A DNA stretch of 64,000 nucleotides, from positions 240,601 to 304,600 of the forward strand of contig OZ244713.1 in the NCBI GenBank assembly GCA_965218885.1, read 5' to 3'. How positions within the stretch are numbered: the first letter of the stretch is position 1; each line of letters begins with the position of its first letter. Shown here piece by piece: positions 39,463 to 49,213 of the stretch. The notes beneath the pieces were generated by a model that was not told the origin of the DNA, did no database searches, and saw only the letters and a list, made by a program, of their open reading frames with translations. Source of the DNA: a bacterium (GTDB lineage Bacteria; UBA8248). The position numbers and the translations under genes are program-made.

Positions 39463-40836
39463 ATGAAAAACGTGACGATGAAGCGCAGCAAAACCGACCG
39501 CTCATCTCTTGGAAGTCGGATGTTTCTCGGAATCACCTTCGCTTTGTTGCTGGCCACGGTAACGGGGTGCGATCCAGAGGTCTTACAGGGAGCTCGAGAA
39601 GTTATGACTGCGGTGCAGGATGCTGCGTCGCGTGAGGTTGAGACCACGAGGATTCTGGAGGAGGAACGGAGGCGTAGTGAGGAGGAGCAGAGGCGTAAGG
39701 AGGCCCATGCGGCAGATATGGCCCGGAAGCAAACGCTTCAGGAGTTGATGGAGGATAAGTTAAAGGGTAAGGGGGGTAAGACGAAGGTGGACCCCCAGAA
39801 GGGGGAGGTGACGGTGCAGGGGAAGGATACGACACGAATCATCGGTCAACCTAAAGGACAGATGCCGAAGAAAACCGAGCGAGCTGGATGCGATCTGCGA
39901 CCGCTCAGAGCGGGCAGAAAATTTGTTGCCGAGGCTTGGGCGTTACCGGACAGCAAGTTCAATTTCGGCGAACCGCTCGCCTTTCAGATGCGGGTGAGTT
40001 CTCCCACCTATATGAGCGTCTTCCATGTAAGCACGTCTTGTAAGGTGATGCGCTTGCTGGACAACATGCCCGTGAAGGCGGCCGAGATCGTCGATTTTCC
40101 GTTGCGGGACAGTGGTATGAAGATAGTCGTGAGGCCGCCGGCGGGGATGGAAGCTTTCTATCTCATCGCTACCCGGAAAAAATTGGAGTTTCTGGCCAGT
40201 GCGGATATCCTGAGTACCGGAGGGAGTGGAATTGCGCGTCTCGACCTCAGCCCGAAGCAATTCTACCAGAGAGTGAAACAATTCCGCGACCGCATAAACC
40301 CGGACGATCTGAGCATGAGGACGCTCCTTATATCCAAGATGACAAGCGCGCCGAAGAAGACCAAGCGTGCCGGATGTAACCTGCGGCCGCTCAGAGCGAG
40401 CAGAAAATTTATTGCCGAGGCTTGGGCGGTACCGGATAACAAGTTCAATTTCGGTGAACCACTCACCATTCAGATGCGGGTGAGTTCTCCTACCTATATG
40501 AGCGTCTTCCATGTGAGCACGTCCTGCCAAGTGACGCGCTTGTTGGACAACAAGCCCGTGAAGGCGGCCGAGATTGTCGATTTTCCGTCGCGGGACAGCG
40601 GTATGAAGGTAATCGTGAAGCCGCCGGCGGGCAGGGAGGCTTTCTATCTCATCGCTACCCGGGAAAAATTGGAGTTTCTGGCCAACGCGGATATCCTGAA
40701 TAGCGGAGGGGGTGGAATCGCGCGCCTCTACCTCACCCCGGAGCAATTCTACCAGAGAGTGAAACAGTTCCGCGACCGCATAAACCCGGACGATCTGAGC
40801 ATCAGGTCACTCCGCATATCGATTATCGGCAATTGA
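39463..40836 (+). CDS. Lipoprotein with two tandem DUF4384-like domains
   Basis: The signal peptide plus lipobox LLLATVTGC marks a lipoprotein. Two 162-aa repeats begin at PKKTERAGCDLRPL and PKKTKRAGCNLRPL. Each has the DUF4384-type core YMSVFHVSTSC(K/Q)V(M/T)RLLDN. RBS AAGGAG lies upstream. Confidence 0.6.
   Translation: MKNVTMKRSKTDRSSLGSRMFLGITFALLLATVTGCDPEVLQGAREVMTAVQDAASREVETTRILEEERRRSEEEQRRKEAHAADMARKQTLQELMEDKLKGKGGKTKVDPQKGEVTVQGKDTTRIIGQPKGQMPKKTERAGCDLRPLRAGRKFVAEAWALPDSKFNFGEPLAFQMRVSSPTYMSVFHVSTSCKVMRLLDNMPVKAAEIVDFPLRDSGMKIVVRPPAGMEAFYLIATRKKLEFLASADILSTGGSGIARLDLSPKQFYQRVKQFRDRINPDDLSMRTLLISKMTSAPKKTKRAGCNLRPLRASRKFIAEAWAVPDNKFNFGEPLTIQMRVSSPTYMSVFHVSTSCQVTRLLDNKPVKAAEIVDFPSRDSGMKVIVKPPAGREAFYLIATREKLEFLANADILNSGGGGIARLYLTPEQFYQRVKQFRDRINPDDLSIRSLRISIIGN
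39865..40836 (+). repeat. Tandem direct repeat of ~486 bp (two units, 39865-40350 and 40351-40836) inside the lipoprotein gene
   Basis: The nucleotide and protein sequences of the two units are nearly identical (ccgaagaaaaccgagcgagctggatg... versus ccgaagaagaccaagcgtgccggatg...). Confidence 0.8.
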
Positions 40837-40943
40837 GTGAACACCCGGCGTACGAGTGAAGTTGGAAATGGACGAACTGGTTCCATGGAAATTGTTCGGA
40901 GGGCGATATCTTTCCACTCAAATCAGGATGGAGGAAAAGGACA

Positions 40944-41576
40944 ATGAAGATCACATCACGTTTCAGTTCCATTGGGGCCGTTGTCGTGGCCATCGTGGCT
41001 GTCGTAGCGCTCCAGGCTGCGGGGGTGGGCTCATACGATGCGTCGGCGGAGTCTTATATGAAGGATCTCGACATCCGTCAGATACCTATGGCGAAAATCC
41101 AGCCGGCAAAGCCGAGCGGAGCGAGCGCCGCTGCGGGTCTGGCCGTCAACGCCAGCGTAAACCGGGCAAACCGTAAGTATAAACATGGCGAGAACGTCGT
41201 GCTGACTGTCAAGGCCACGGAAGACGCCTATATCTGGGTGTTTGACACGGGAACCAGCGGCAAGGTGCATCAGATATTCCCCAACCGTTACGAGAAGAAT
41301 AATTTCGTGAAAGCCAAAGCGGCGCTTCGTATTCCCGGAAAGGGATCTAAGTATATGCTTACGGCTTCCCGTCCCAAGGGCGCGGAGTTGATCACGGTCA
41401 TCGCGTCGAAAACAAATGCCCCTTTGACCCCGACGATGATCGCCAAAGGTAACGGAAGCAGTCCGTTCCTGGCATTGAACGGTACGGCGCAATCGGTGGC
41501 GAAGGATTTGTCGATCACCTTGCGCAAAAAGCATCGTGTCTGGGCCAGGGCTCAGCAGGTTATTCTTATCGACTAG
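40944..41576 (+). CDS. Secreted DUF4384-domain protein
   Basis: The N-terminal signal/TM segment is FSSIGAVVVAIVAVVALQAAG. The DUF4384-type core is DAYIWVFDTGTSGKVHQIFPNRY. Confidence 0.6.
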   Translation: MKITSRFSSIGAVVVAIVAVVALQAAGVGSYDASAESYMKDLDIRQIPMAKIQPAKPSGASAAAGLAVNASVNRANRKYKHGENVVLTVKATEDAYIWVFDTGTSGKVHQIFPNRYEKNNFVKAKAALRIPGKGSKYMLTASRPKGAELITVIASKTNAPLTPTMIAKGNGSSPFLALNGTAQSVAKDLSITLRKKHRVWARAQQVILID

Positions 41577-41606
41577 ACATCGAATCGGTACCTGGAGGGA
41601 CGCATC

Positions 41607-43643
41607 ATGAGGCTCTTATCGCGTTTCCGATCGTTGTTTCCCGTATCCGCAGCTTCCCTTGGGGTGATGACCGTCGTTTGCCTGTATTGCATGGTTGTGC
41701 CGACACCGCTGGCAAACGGGGGGGAGATCGTCATGTCCGACGACATCATCCTTCAAATGAAGCCCAAGCCTCGTACGAGAGGGATCGCTTCGGAGTCTAC
41801 AAAGACAAGTCCGGGCAGAGTTATTCTTCCAGCCATCCAATTTGAGATCGATTCAGCCCGGTTCACGCGTACCGCCTTGGCGCAGGTGCGGGAACTGGGG
41901 AAAGCCCTCAAATCCGACGTTCTCAGAACGTTTATGTTTGCGGTGCAAGGCCACACGGACAGCACTGGGAGTAGCCCATACAATCGGGGTTTGTCCTTGC
42001 GGCGCGCCCGCGCGGTGACGCGCTACCTTAAGGGCGAAATGGGCGTGGTTGGAGGCCGGCTGATCGAAGTCGGGCTGGGAGAGAGCTTCCCGATCGACGG
42101 GATTCCGACGACGGACGCGAGAAACCGGCGTGTCGAAATAACAAAACTTGGAGACGGGGCGCCCGCCGAAGATGTAAGGCGTAACCGGAGGCGGGCGCTT
42201 CTCATCGGAATCGACAAATACGGGCACGTGTCTCCCTTGAAGGGCCCGGTGAACGACGCCAAGGACATGGCGAACTTCATTACAGGACGCGGAGGATTCA
42301 AGAGCAGTGATGTCCGGCTTCTGCTGGATGCAGAGGCGACAAAGAAAAATATTCTCGCTACAGTCAAGAAATGGCTGGTCGACGGAACAAATGCCGGAGA
42401 TGAGGTGTTCCTGTTCTACAGTGGCCACGGTTTTCAACAACCCGACTTGGACGGAGACGAAAAAGACGGCCTGGATGAAACACTGGTCCCGGTCGATGCA
42501 TTTGTGGATGAGGACGGCAAGATAAAAGGAATGATTACGGACGACGAACTCGGAGTGCTTTTGGGTCGTCTGTCCGATCGCCGCGTGCGTGTAGTGGTAG
42601 ATGCCTGCCATTCAGGCACGAGTGCCAGAAGCGCGGGAGGCTCGGAAAGTTGGAAATACGTCAAGACGCCTCGCCTGCCGGATGGTTCACCGATTCGAAT
42701 CGCCCGTACGCGTGGCCTGGGGGGCAAGGAAGAGTCTCGGCAGGAATCCCTTTTGGTGTCGAACGATCCCGATTTCGCCATCTGGACGGCCGTCAGGTCA
42801 GACCAGAAAGCCCTGGTTGACAGAGAAGTCATGGGTCGTTCAGGCGGTGGAAGTGTGTACACGAGACGTCTGCTCTGGGGAGCGCGCGATGGAAAGGCTG
42901 ATGAGAACCGCGACGGCATCGTGACGATGGAGGAACTCTACCGTTATGTGCTCAAAGAATCCGAGGAGTATTGCAAGCGATATTCCGATGATTGCCGCCT
43001 CGGCTTGACGCCGCAAGTTCAGGTGGCGTCGGGCCGGCTCGAGATTCCCGCGTTTGGAAATGCGTACGCGAGTTTGCCGCGAAACGCCACTCTTGCAAAA
43101 GATATTTTAGTACGTCCGTCGAGTCGACCGGCATCAAGAGGGAAAAGCGGCGTCCGGTTGCGAATCGACCCGGGCTCGAATCTCGTGCTCGGGGCCAATC
43201 TGGATATCATCGTCGAAAGTGACCGCAAGGGATATCTTGTATTACTGGATATAAATGCAGCTGGAGAATTGGTTCAGATATTTCCCAATGAAGGGAGCTT
43301 ACGTAGCGGTGTTTCCTCCTTGATACGTCCAAGCGAGCCTGTACGGCTACCAGGAGAGAAAGCCGGGTTTCGCTTTCGAGCAACCCCGCCAGCTGGTTCT
43401 GGCCTCCTTGTCGCCGTTGTGACCCAAAAGAATGATCGGGTTTGGGAGTTGGCTTCGCGGCATAAAGATCTGAGTGTGGTGCCGTCTCCGGCGGCCTATC
43501 TCGTTGAGATTGGAGAAGCCCTCCGTGCTGGTTCTTCAGTACCCAATAATGCCCGTGGTTCTGGTTGGAGTGTTGCGACGCTACAATACAAAATCGCTTT
43601 ACCCGATTCGGGCCGAAATAAGTCATCAAATGATGCGAGATGA
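41607..43643 (+). CDS. Multidomain envelope protein: N-terminal TM, OmpA-like peptidoglycan-binding domain, caspase-like peptidase C14 domain, C-terminal DUF4384
   Basis: The OmpA_C-like block is HTDSTGSSPYNRGLSLRRARAV. The caspase His-Cys dyad lies in FLFYSGHGF...RVVVDACHSGT. The DUF4384 core is GYLVLLDINAAGELVQIFPNEG. RBS GGAGGGA lies upstream. Confidence 0.75.
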   Translation: MRLLSRFRSLFPVSAASLGVMTVVCLYCMVVPTPLANGGEIVMSDDIILQMKPKPRTRGIASESTKTSPGRVILPAIQFEIDSARFTRTALAQVRELGKALKSDVLRTFMFAVQGHTDSTGSSPYNRGLSLRRARAVTRYLKGEMGVVGGRLIEVGLGESFPIDGIPTTDARNRRVEITKLGDGAPAEDVRRNRRRALLIGIDKYGHVSPLKGPVNDAKDMANFITGRGGFKSSDVRLLLDAEATKKNILATVKKWLVDGTNAGDEVFLFYSGHGFQQPDLDGDEKDGLDETLVPVDAFVDEDGKIKGMITDDELGVLLGRLSDRRVRVVVDACHSGTSARSAGGSESWKYVKTPRLPDGSPIRIARTRGLGGKEESRQESLLVSNDPDFAIWTAVRSDQKALVDREVMGRSGGGSVYTRRLLWGARDGKADENRDGIVTMEELYRYVLKESEEYCKRYSDDCRLGLTPQVQVASGRLEIPAFGNAYASLPRNATLAKDILVRPSSRPASRGKSGVRLRIDPGSNLVLGANLDIIVESDRKGYLVLLDINAAGELVQIFPNEGSLRSGVSSLIRPSEPVRLPGEKAGFRFRATPPAGSGLLVAVVTQKNDRVWELASRHKDLSVVPSPAAYLVEIGEALRAGSSVPNNARGSGWSVATLQYKIALPDSGRNKSSNDAR

Positions 43644-43950
43644 CATGAAATTTCAAAAAGCAGCCGTTGAATGTCGCTCCTCCTTCACCGTGCTCGTTGG
43701 AATTTTCTGTTTTTTGGTCATAGTTCAATACATTCCCTTGGTTGCGTATGCCGAGGGGTCGGGTGAAATGAGAGATTCCATCCGGAAACTCACAGAACCG
43801 GTTATCAGATCCGTTCGCTCCGCTACTCGACCTACCCATAAGACTACCCATGACGACGCTGGTCTTGTCAAAGACACGCCTGAGGATGATTCTCGAAAAA
43901 AAGGTGTTTCGTCCACTTCGGATAGAAATCAATCTTCTGACGCCCAATGA
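43629..43950 (+). CDS. Small secreted protein duplicating the N-terminal leader motif of the WD40-caspase
   Basis: MMRDDMKFQKAAVECRSSFTVLVGIFCFLVIVQYIPLVAYAEGSGEMRDSIRKLTEPVIRSVRSATRPT... aligns with the N-terminus of the downstream protein (ADAQGFGRLRHSIRNLTRPVIRSVRTVIRPL...TRDEAGPV). Its start overlaps the stop of the upstream caspase gene. Confidence 0.5.
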
Positions 43951-43951
43951 T

Positions 43952-46396
43952 ATGAAGCGCCAAATAACAGCTGATAGGCATTGCTCCTGTTCCATGGCGG
44001 TCATTGGGCTATTTTGTCTCTGGGTTGTGACGGCATGCATTCCACCTGCTGCGGACGCCCAGGGATTTGGTAGATTGAGGCATTCCATTCGAAACCTCAC
44101 ACGCCCGGTCATCAGATCGGTTCGCACCGTCATTCGTCCCCTCCTCAATATCACCCGCGACGAAGCCGGCCCGGTCACGGAGCTACATACGGATAATGCC
44201 CGGAGTTTTCTGTTCACCGTGCTTGGAGATGGAAGCGCCAGGTTGTGGGACCTTCGGCGTGGAGTGCAATTGGGTGGGGCTTTTGGAAGTGAACTCGCTT
44301 CAGGCGCCATCCGTGGAGAGGGGAACGCCTTGGAAGCCATAGCCGTCAGCAGAGACGGCTCGTCGATCTCCATACGTCCAGACGGCTCGGTCCAGCAGAT
44401 TGGCGAGAAGATTGAAGGAATCGACCCAGTAGTCATACCCGTTCTGTCGGGGAATGGGAATGTCGTAGCGTATCGTAGTGAGGTTGACGGCGGCTGGTAT
44501 GTGAAGCGGGATGGTTCCGATCAGGCCGAACGGCTACCTGGTGCCGATCCTGATAGCCGACCTATCCTCTCCTCGGATGGAGTGAAGGTCGCTTACCGAA
44601 CAGTCCGGGGGACGATTGCCGTGAAAGGCGCGCTTCGCGGTGGGACGGCAGAAATCGAAGGTTGCGAGAGCGAAATTCCGGTAACAGCGGGAGCCTATAC
44701 ACCTGATGGCGAGCGAGTGATATTAGGGGATGAAGAAGGCAACATTTGCGTTTGGCGCATCCCCGAACATGAAGTTCCGAGGCGGATTTTCGTGCAAGAG
44801 GCAGCTCATTCCGGCTCGATTCGACTCCTCGTGCTTGACCAGGATGGAATCCATGTCTCTACAAGTGGAGAAGATGCGGCGGTAAACATCTGGGTCGTGA
44901 CGTCTGAAATTCGCCCAGTGGCTTCGCTGAAGCTGGCCATAGAGTCCGCAACTTCGCTTTTGATGGACGTTAGCAGAAGGTGGGTTTTCGTCGGAGAATC
45001 GAGAGGAACGGTTGGAATCTATTCGTTCAATGAACTGGCGCGCATCGCGCGCTTGATTTCCACGGATGTCGGATGGGCAGTTCTTGACCGAAAAGGCCGA
45101 TTCGATGGACCTCAAAATGGTGTCGATGCGCTGGTATGGGCAGGTGAGACAGCGGCGCAAACTCTCCCGGTCGATGCGTTCTCCGAAAGCTATTTCGAGC
45201 CTGGACTGATGGGGAAACTTGGTGGCAAACCGCAACCTTTCCTGAACGAAGACGTTCGCGATCTCTCTGAAGACGGCTACATTGCGCCGCCGAGTGTCTC
45301 GATCGATCCGATTGACAGTCTTCAGGTCGATGCCGAAGGGCGTTCAAGGGTCAATATCCGGTTGGCCCCGAACTATCCAAGGCGGGACGTGCTCGAAATC
45401 AGGCTATATCACAATGGAAAACTCGTTCCTGCCGAGAAGATGGTCTCCGATCCTACTGGCAAGATCATCGAATATGCGATTCGACTCCTACCGGGAGAAA
45501 ACACCTTCAAAGCGATCGGGATCGGTCCGGGAGGGGTCGAAGGCCAACCGGCGTTAGTGACGGTGGCGGTTACCGAACCTGAACTGCGTCGGCCCAGGAT
45601 GCAGGTAGTCGCCATCGGTATCGGCGATTACGTTAGGCCTGACTGGAAGCTCGAATCCACTCGTAACGACGCAAATGCCGTCGTCTCGGCGCTGCGTAAC
45701 CGGAGTGGCAACTTGTACAGTGACGTGGACGTGGTTTCATTGTTAGATTCTCACGCCAAGGCGACCATGATTGAAAATCACATTTCCGGAAAATCGCAAT
45801 CGCCCCAGGATGTTCTGGTGGTCTTTTTTGCGGGTCACGGCTATGCGTTGCAGGAGAAGGGGAATAAGGGTAGCTGGGAATGGTATCTTCTCCCGTACAC
45901 GCATGCTTGGAACACGAGGACAGAGGGAAAAATCGAGATGATACGACGGTATGGGATTCCCAGTCGTCGCTTGATGCGTTTGCTGACGAAAACCCAGGCG
46001 CAGCGCGTATTCCTCATCCTCGATTCGTGCCGCTCCGGCGCGGTTGTTGACGCCGTTTCCTCCTCCACGGGAAGGGCGCTCGACGATGCCGTCGGACAAA
46101 AAACTTTGCGCAGAATCGCGCGTGTGGGCGGCATTCACATCCTGGCGGCTTCGCGAGCGGATGAGGATGCAATCGAACTGCTCTCCGTGCCACACGGCGC
46201 TCTGACCTATCTGATCCTCGAGGGTATCCGGGGGGCGGCGGATGAAAATCTAAACGGGAAGATTTCTGTTGGTGAGATCATTAGATATGCGACGAGGGAG
46301 ATGCCCCTTCTCTCCCAGCGGCTTGTCAAAGAGACTATCAGCCAGAAGCCCGTCGGCTATTCACGCGGGGCGGACTTCGCGCTCGCCGGATTGTAA
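43952..46396 (+). CDS. Secreted WD40-repeat (beta-propeller) protein with C-terminal caspase-like peptidase C14 domain
   Basis: The signal peptide is MKRQITADRHCSCSMAVIGLFCLWVVTACIPPAADAQG. WD-like repeats include GDGSARLWDL, EEGNICVWRIPE and AAVNIWVV. The C-terminal caspase His-Cys dyad lies in VVFFAGHGY...VFLILDSCRSGAV. Confidence 0.75.
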   Translation: MKRQITADRHCSCSMAVIGLFCLWVVTACIPPAADAQGFGRLRHSIRNLTRPVIRSVRTVIRPLLNITRDEAGPVTELHTDNARSFLFTVLGDGSARLWDLRRGVQLGGAFGSELASGAIRGEGNALEAIAVSRDGSSISIRPDGSVQQIGEKIEGIDPVVIPVLSGNGNVVAYRSEVDGGWYVKRDGSDQAERLPGADPDSRPILSSDGVKVAYRTVRGTIAVKGALRGGTAEIEGCESEIPVTAGAYTPDGERVILGDEEGNICVWRIPEHEVPRRIFVQEAAHSGSIRLLVLDQDGIHVSTSGEDAAVNIWVVTSEIRPVASLKLAIESATSLLMDVSRRWVFVGESRGTVGIYSFNELARIARLISTDVGWAVLDRKGRFDGPQNGVDALVWAGETAAQTLPVDAFSESYFEPGLMGKLGGKPQPFLNEDVRDLSEDGYIAPPSVSIDPIDSLQVDAEGRSRVNIRLAPNYPRRDVLEIRLYHNGKLVPAEKMVSDPTGKIIEYAIRLLPGENTFKAIGIGPGGVEGQPALVTVAVTEPELRRPRMQVVAIGIGDYVRPDWKLESTRNDANAVVSALRNRSGNLYSDVDVVSLLDSHAKATMIENHISGKSQSPQDVLVVFFAGHGYALQEKGNKGSWEWYLLPYTHAWNTRTEGKIEMIRRYGIPSRRLMRLLTKTQAQRVFLILDSCRSGAVVDAVSSSTGRALDDAVGQKTLRRIARVGGIHILAASRADEDAIELLSVPHGALTYLILEGIRGAADENLNGKISVGEIIRYATREMPLLSQRLVKETISQKPVGYSRGADFALAGL

Positions 46397-46404
46397 ATCA
46401 AGAG

Positions 46405-47334
46405 GTGGCGCTGCGCCCTGCACCGGATACTAGTTATGTGGACAAGAGACGTTACTCTCAAGTGTTCTTCGTTGTTCTTGCATGCATGATGATTGGTTGC
46501 ACAGCGTTGGGGTATAAGGGCGCATCTGGAATCTGTCCGCTTCCGGCATGTTCGGATTGGAAATATCGACGCTTTATACACAACGGAATTCCGGTAATCG
46601 GTTTCCAGAAACCGGGTCGTCGCCTAGGCCGCATGGTCGTCTATATCGAGGGGGACGGAAATGCGTGGAGTAGTCGCTCGCGGGTTTCGAGTGACCCCAC
46701 CCCGGATGATCCGGTCGCTCTCCGTTTGGGGTTGCGTGATCCGGACCCTGGCGTTCTTTATTTGGCGCGGCCCTGCCAATATGTCGGCAGGAAGTTCATC
46801 GCCAGTTGTAATCCTTCACTCTGGACAGCTGCGCGATATTCACTGGAGGTTATCGAAGCGATAGATCGCGCAATCACGTCTTCAAAGCTGTCTGCCGAAG
46901 ATCGTCTCACACTCGTCGGATATTCCGGTGGAGGTGTCATCGCGACGCTCTTGGCGTCGCGCCGTCTGGATGTGGATGAATTGGTCACGGTCGCTGCGCC
47001 TTTAGACATCGCCGCCTGGACAAACCACCACCGGGTCTCACCTCTCAAAGATTCCCTCAATCCGTCCGAGCGCGTGCCCGCCTACGGTAAGGCGCGTGAA
47101 TTTCACTTCCATGGCGGACGGGACCTGGTGGTGCCTCCCGTGGTTGTTGAGCAGTATCGCCGACAAGCGTCACGAGCAAACGTCCATTTTTTCACTGTTT
47201 CCGAGTTCGAGCATCAATGTTGCTGGGTGCGCGACTGGCCAAAGTTCTTGTCGATGATTCGAGAACGCAGAATGCATTCAAAGGTGTGTGTAACCCCTAA
47301 AATGGGAGAAGTTTCACGTTCTTCAGAACGTTAA
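46405..47334 (+). CDS. Alpha/beta-hydrolase lipoprotein (GxSxG nucleophile elbow)
   Basis: The hydrophobic leader ends in VVLACMMIGC, a lipobox-like sequence. The GYSGGG motif is followed by a region with conserved D and H. The likely start is the GTG at 46438. Confidence 0.6.
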   Translation: MALRPAPDTSYVDKRRYSQVFFVVLACMMIGCTALGYKGASGICPLPACSDWKYRRFIHNGIPVIGFQKPGRRLGRMVVYIEGDGNAWSSRSRVSSDPTPDDPVALRLGLRDPDPGVLYLARPCQYVGRKFIASCNPSLWTAARYSLEVIEAIDRAITSSKLSAEDRLTLVGYSGGGVIATLLASRRLDVDELVTVAAPLDIAAWTNHHRVSPLKDSLNPSERVPAYGKAREFHFHGGRDLVVPPVVVEQYRRQASRANVHFFTVSEFEHQCCWVRDWPKFLSMIRERRMHSKVCVTPKMGEVSRSSER

Positions 47335-47465
47335 TGCTGCTAGATATTTGAACTTCTGCTGCTGGTGGCTTGGTCCAAGTGATTTTAATTTTCTTTTACC
47401 GGAATATTGAGATCTGACTCGCTCGGCAGACCAAAGACTGTTAGCGAAACGACTAGGAGGACACC

Positions 47466-48527
47466 ATGAAAACGAAATCCTTAACTGCAATGCTATCGGC
47501 TTCTTTGCTATTCATGCTCATGCCGGAATACATACACGCTGATGAGAAACTCTCCATTAAGGCCTACAGGCACCGAGGATGCATTCTTCCTCCTACTAAT
47601 ATAAACCGTCTGGCAAGAAATTCGCACATAGGTCTTGAGATGGAGTTTTCATATCCAAAAGACCCTAAAAACACTAAACAGATTGACACTGCAATTCTAT
47701 CTTGTATGGGAGACGTTGAGGAGAAGCGATTGAGTTGTAATGATGCGGTTGAGTTGCCATGGTCGGCCCTGGAAGAACTAAATTCTTTGGAACCCTTTGC
47801 GGGAGCAAAATGTGAGGACCAGTTCAAGAGTGAGGTCCGTAAGTGTTTGGACTACTACGAACAGAAGACATCGAAATGTCACGCTTTAGGACGTGGGGTT
47901 CCTTTGTCGAAGGGGGCATCCTTGTGGGAAGAGTTGATACCAGACGATAGTCCTAGTGGCAACTATGAAGAACTGCCACCAAGTGACGACCACCTCTATA
48001 AAACCCGGAAAGACCAGAAAGGAGGCCCAGCGGACAATTGGAAAAAATGGGTAGAGGGGAACCTGCCAGGGAATAAAATGGGAGATATGGGGATAGATAG
48101 AAAAGGGGGAGATATGCCCTCCTCGGGCTATTCTGGAGCAAAATTCCGAGATCCGAACCCCACGGGCAAATCTGGAGTAGACTTGAAAGACCTGATTCGG
48201 CTAGAGGAGCGAGAAATGCTCGAAGAGGAGAAAAAGGAGTATGGGACCCTAGGTTCTCCGGGTGGTCCAATAAACCCTGGAGGTGCAATGAATAAGAAGA
48301 GGAACGATGCTTGTGAGCGAGCTAAACGTAGAGCTGCGCAGACAATACCCCGCATCACTCCGAGCAGATCAATGTGCACAACCTATCGAACTGCTTTACG
48401 TATGTACGAAAGTGTAAGACGGATCCTGAGCAGTAACGGCTGCCCCGCGCACGAGGTAAGGCAATACGATCAGGCGATTGCGCAAACAAAGCTCGGAGTG
48501 CGCGCGGTCTGTGCGGATATTCGCTAA
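47466..48527 (+). CDS. Secreted cysteine-rich hypothetical protein, lower GC than surroundings
   Basis: The signal peptide is MKTKSLTAMLSASLLFMLMPEYIHA. The protein has about 14 Cys, a Gly/Pro/Lys-rich central region, and no recognisable domain. Confidence 0.5.
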   Translation: MKTKSLTAMLSASLLFMLMPEYIHADEKLSIKAYRHRGCILPPTNINRLARNSHIGLEMEFSYPKDPKNTKQIDTAILSCMGDVEEKRLSCNDAVELPWSALEELNSLEPFAGAKCEDQFKSEVRKCLDYYEQKTSKCHALGRGVPLSKGASLWEELIPDDSPSGNYEELPPSDDHLYKTRKDQKGGPADNWKKWVEGNLPGNKMGDMGIDRKGGDMPSSGYSGAKFRDPNPTGKSGVDLKDLIRLEEREMLEEEKKEYGTLGSPGGPINPGGAMNKKRNDACERAKRRAAQTIPRITPSRSMCTTYRTALRMYESVRRILSSNGCPAHEVRQYDQAIAQTKLGVRAVCADIR

Positions 48528-49213
48528 TGCCGCTCCTGCAGTCGGTTTGGCTACCGTATTTAGGCCTTTTCTGGATTCCGCTATGTCCTTGCTTTTGGTG
48601 CGGGTGAACTTGGTGGACGCCCAAGTTTCTTCTCGCTATTTTGATGAGCGCTCCAAAGTATGGGGCGCATCGCATTCTCCGGATCTCATGCCCGCACACG
48701 ACACCGCGTTGCACGAATCGTCCTGTAGCGTCACCATCTTCAGTCTAGAACTGGATTCTATAGGCTAAGTAATCTTTTCGTGCTTTGATATAGACGTAGA
48801 TCCTAAGAACAAGTCCAAACCATCCAGCACGATTAAAAATAACGGAAAAACTTCGTAGGGTATGTGGCCTCTAAAGAGCTTGCCATGTAATTGTTCGTCG
48901 CCATATTCTTCGTCGGGCTGGAGTGTGAACACATCGACCAGTGTTCATTGCGTACTAATACTGAGATGAGCTAAAGCGGGCTTATCCGGAGGCTAAGTAG
49001 CAGAACTTGCCCCCACTCAGGAGATTATGGTTGCTATAATCGACTACGCTGCGGGCGGGATCTGAGCCGTCATTCGGCGCGAGTTGGTGGTTCCCGGATG
49101 AACGATGTGGGGTGCCGAAGCGTGAGCGCAATCAAGCCGTCACAAACCGGACTTTGGAAGATGTTCTGACAGGGACGCTCCAGGATGCGCGGGAGTTTGA
49201 ATTCCTCCGCTTC

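Noticed and set aside
43474-43950. The 158-aa track ORF as a single gene
   Set aside because: Its 5' part overlaps the caspase gene out of frame. Only the portion from the ATG pair at 43629-43634 has a signal peptide and the conserved leader motif.
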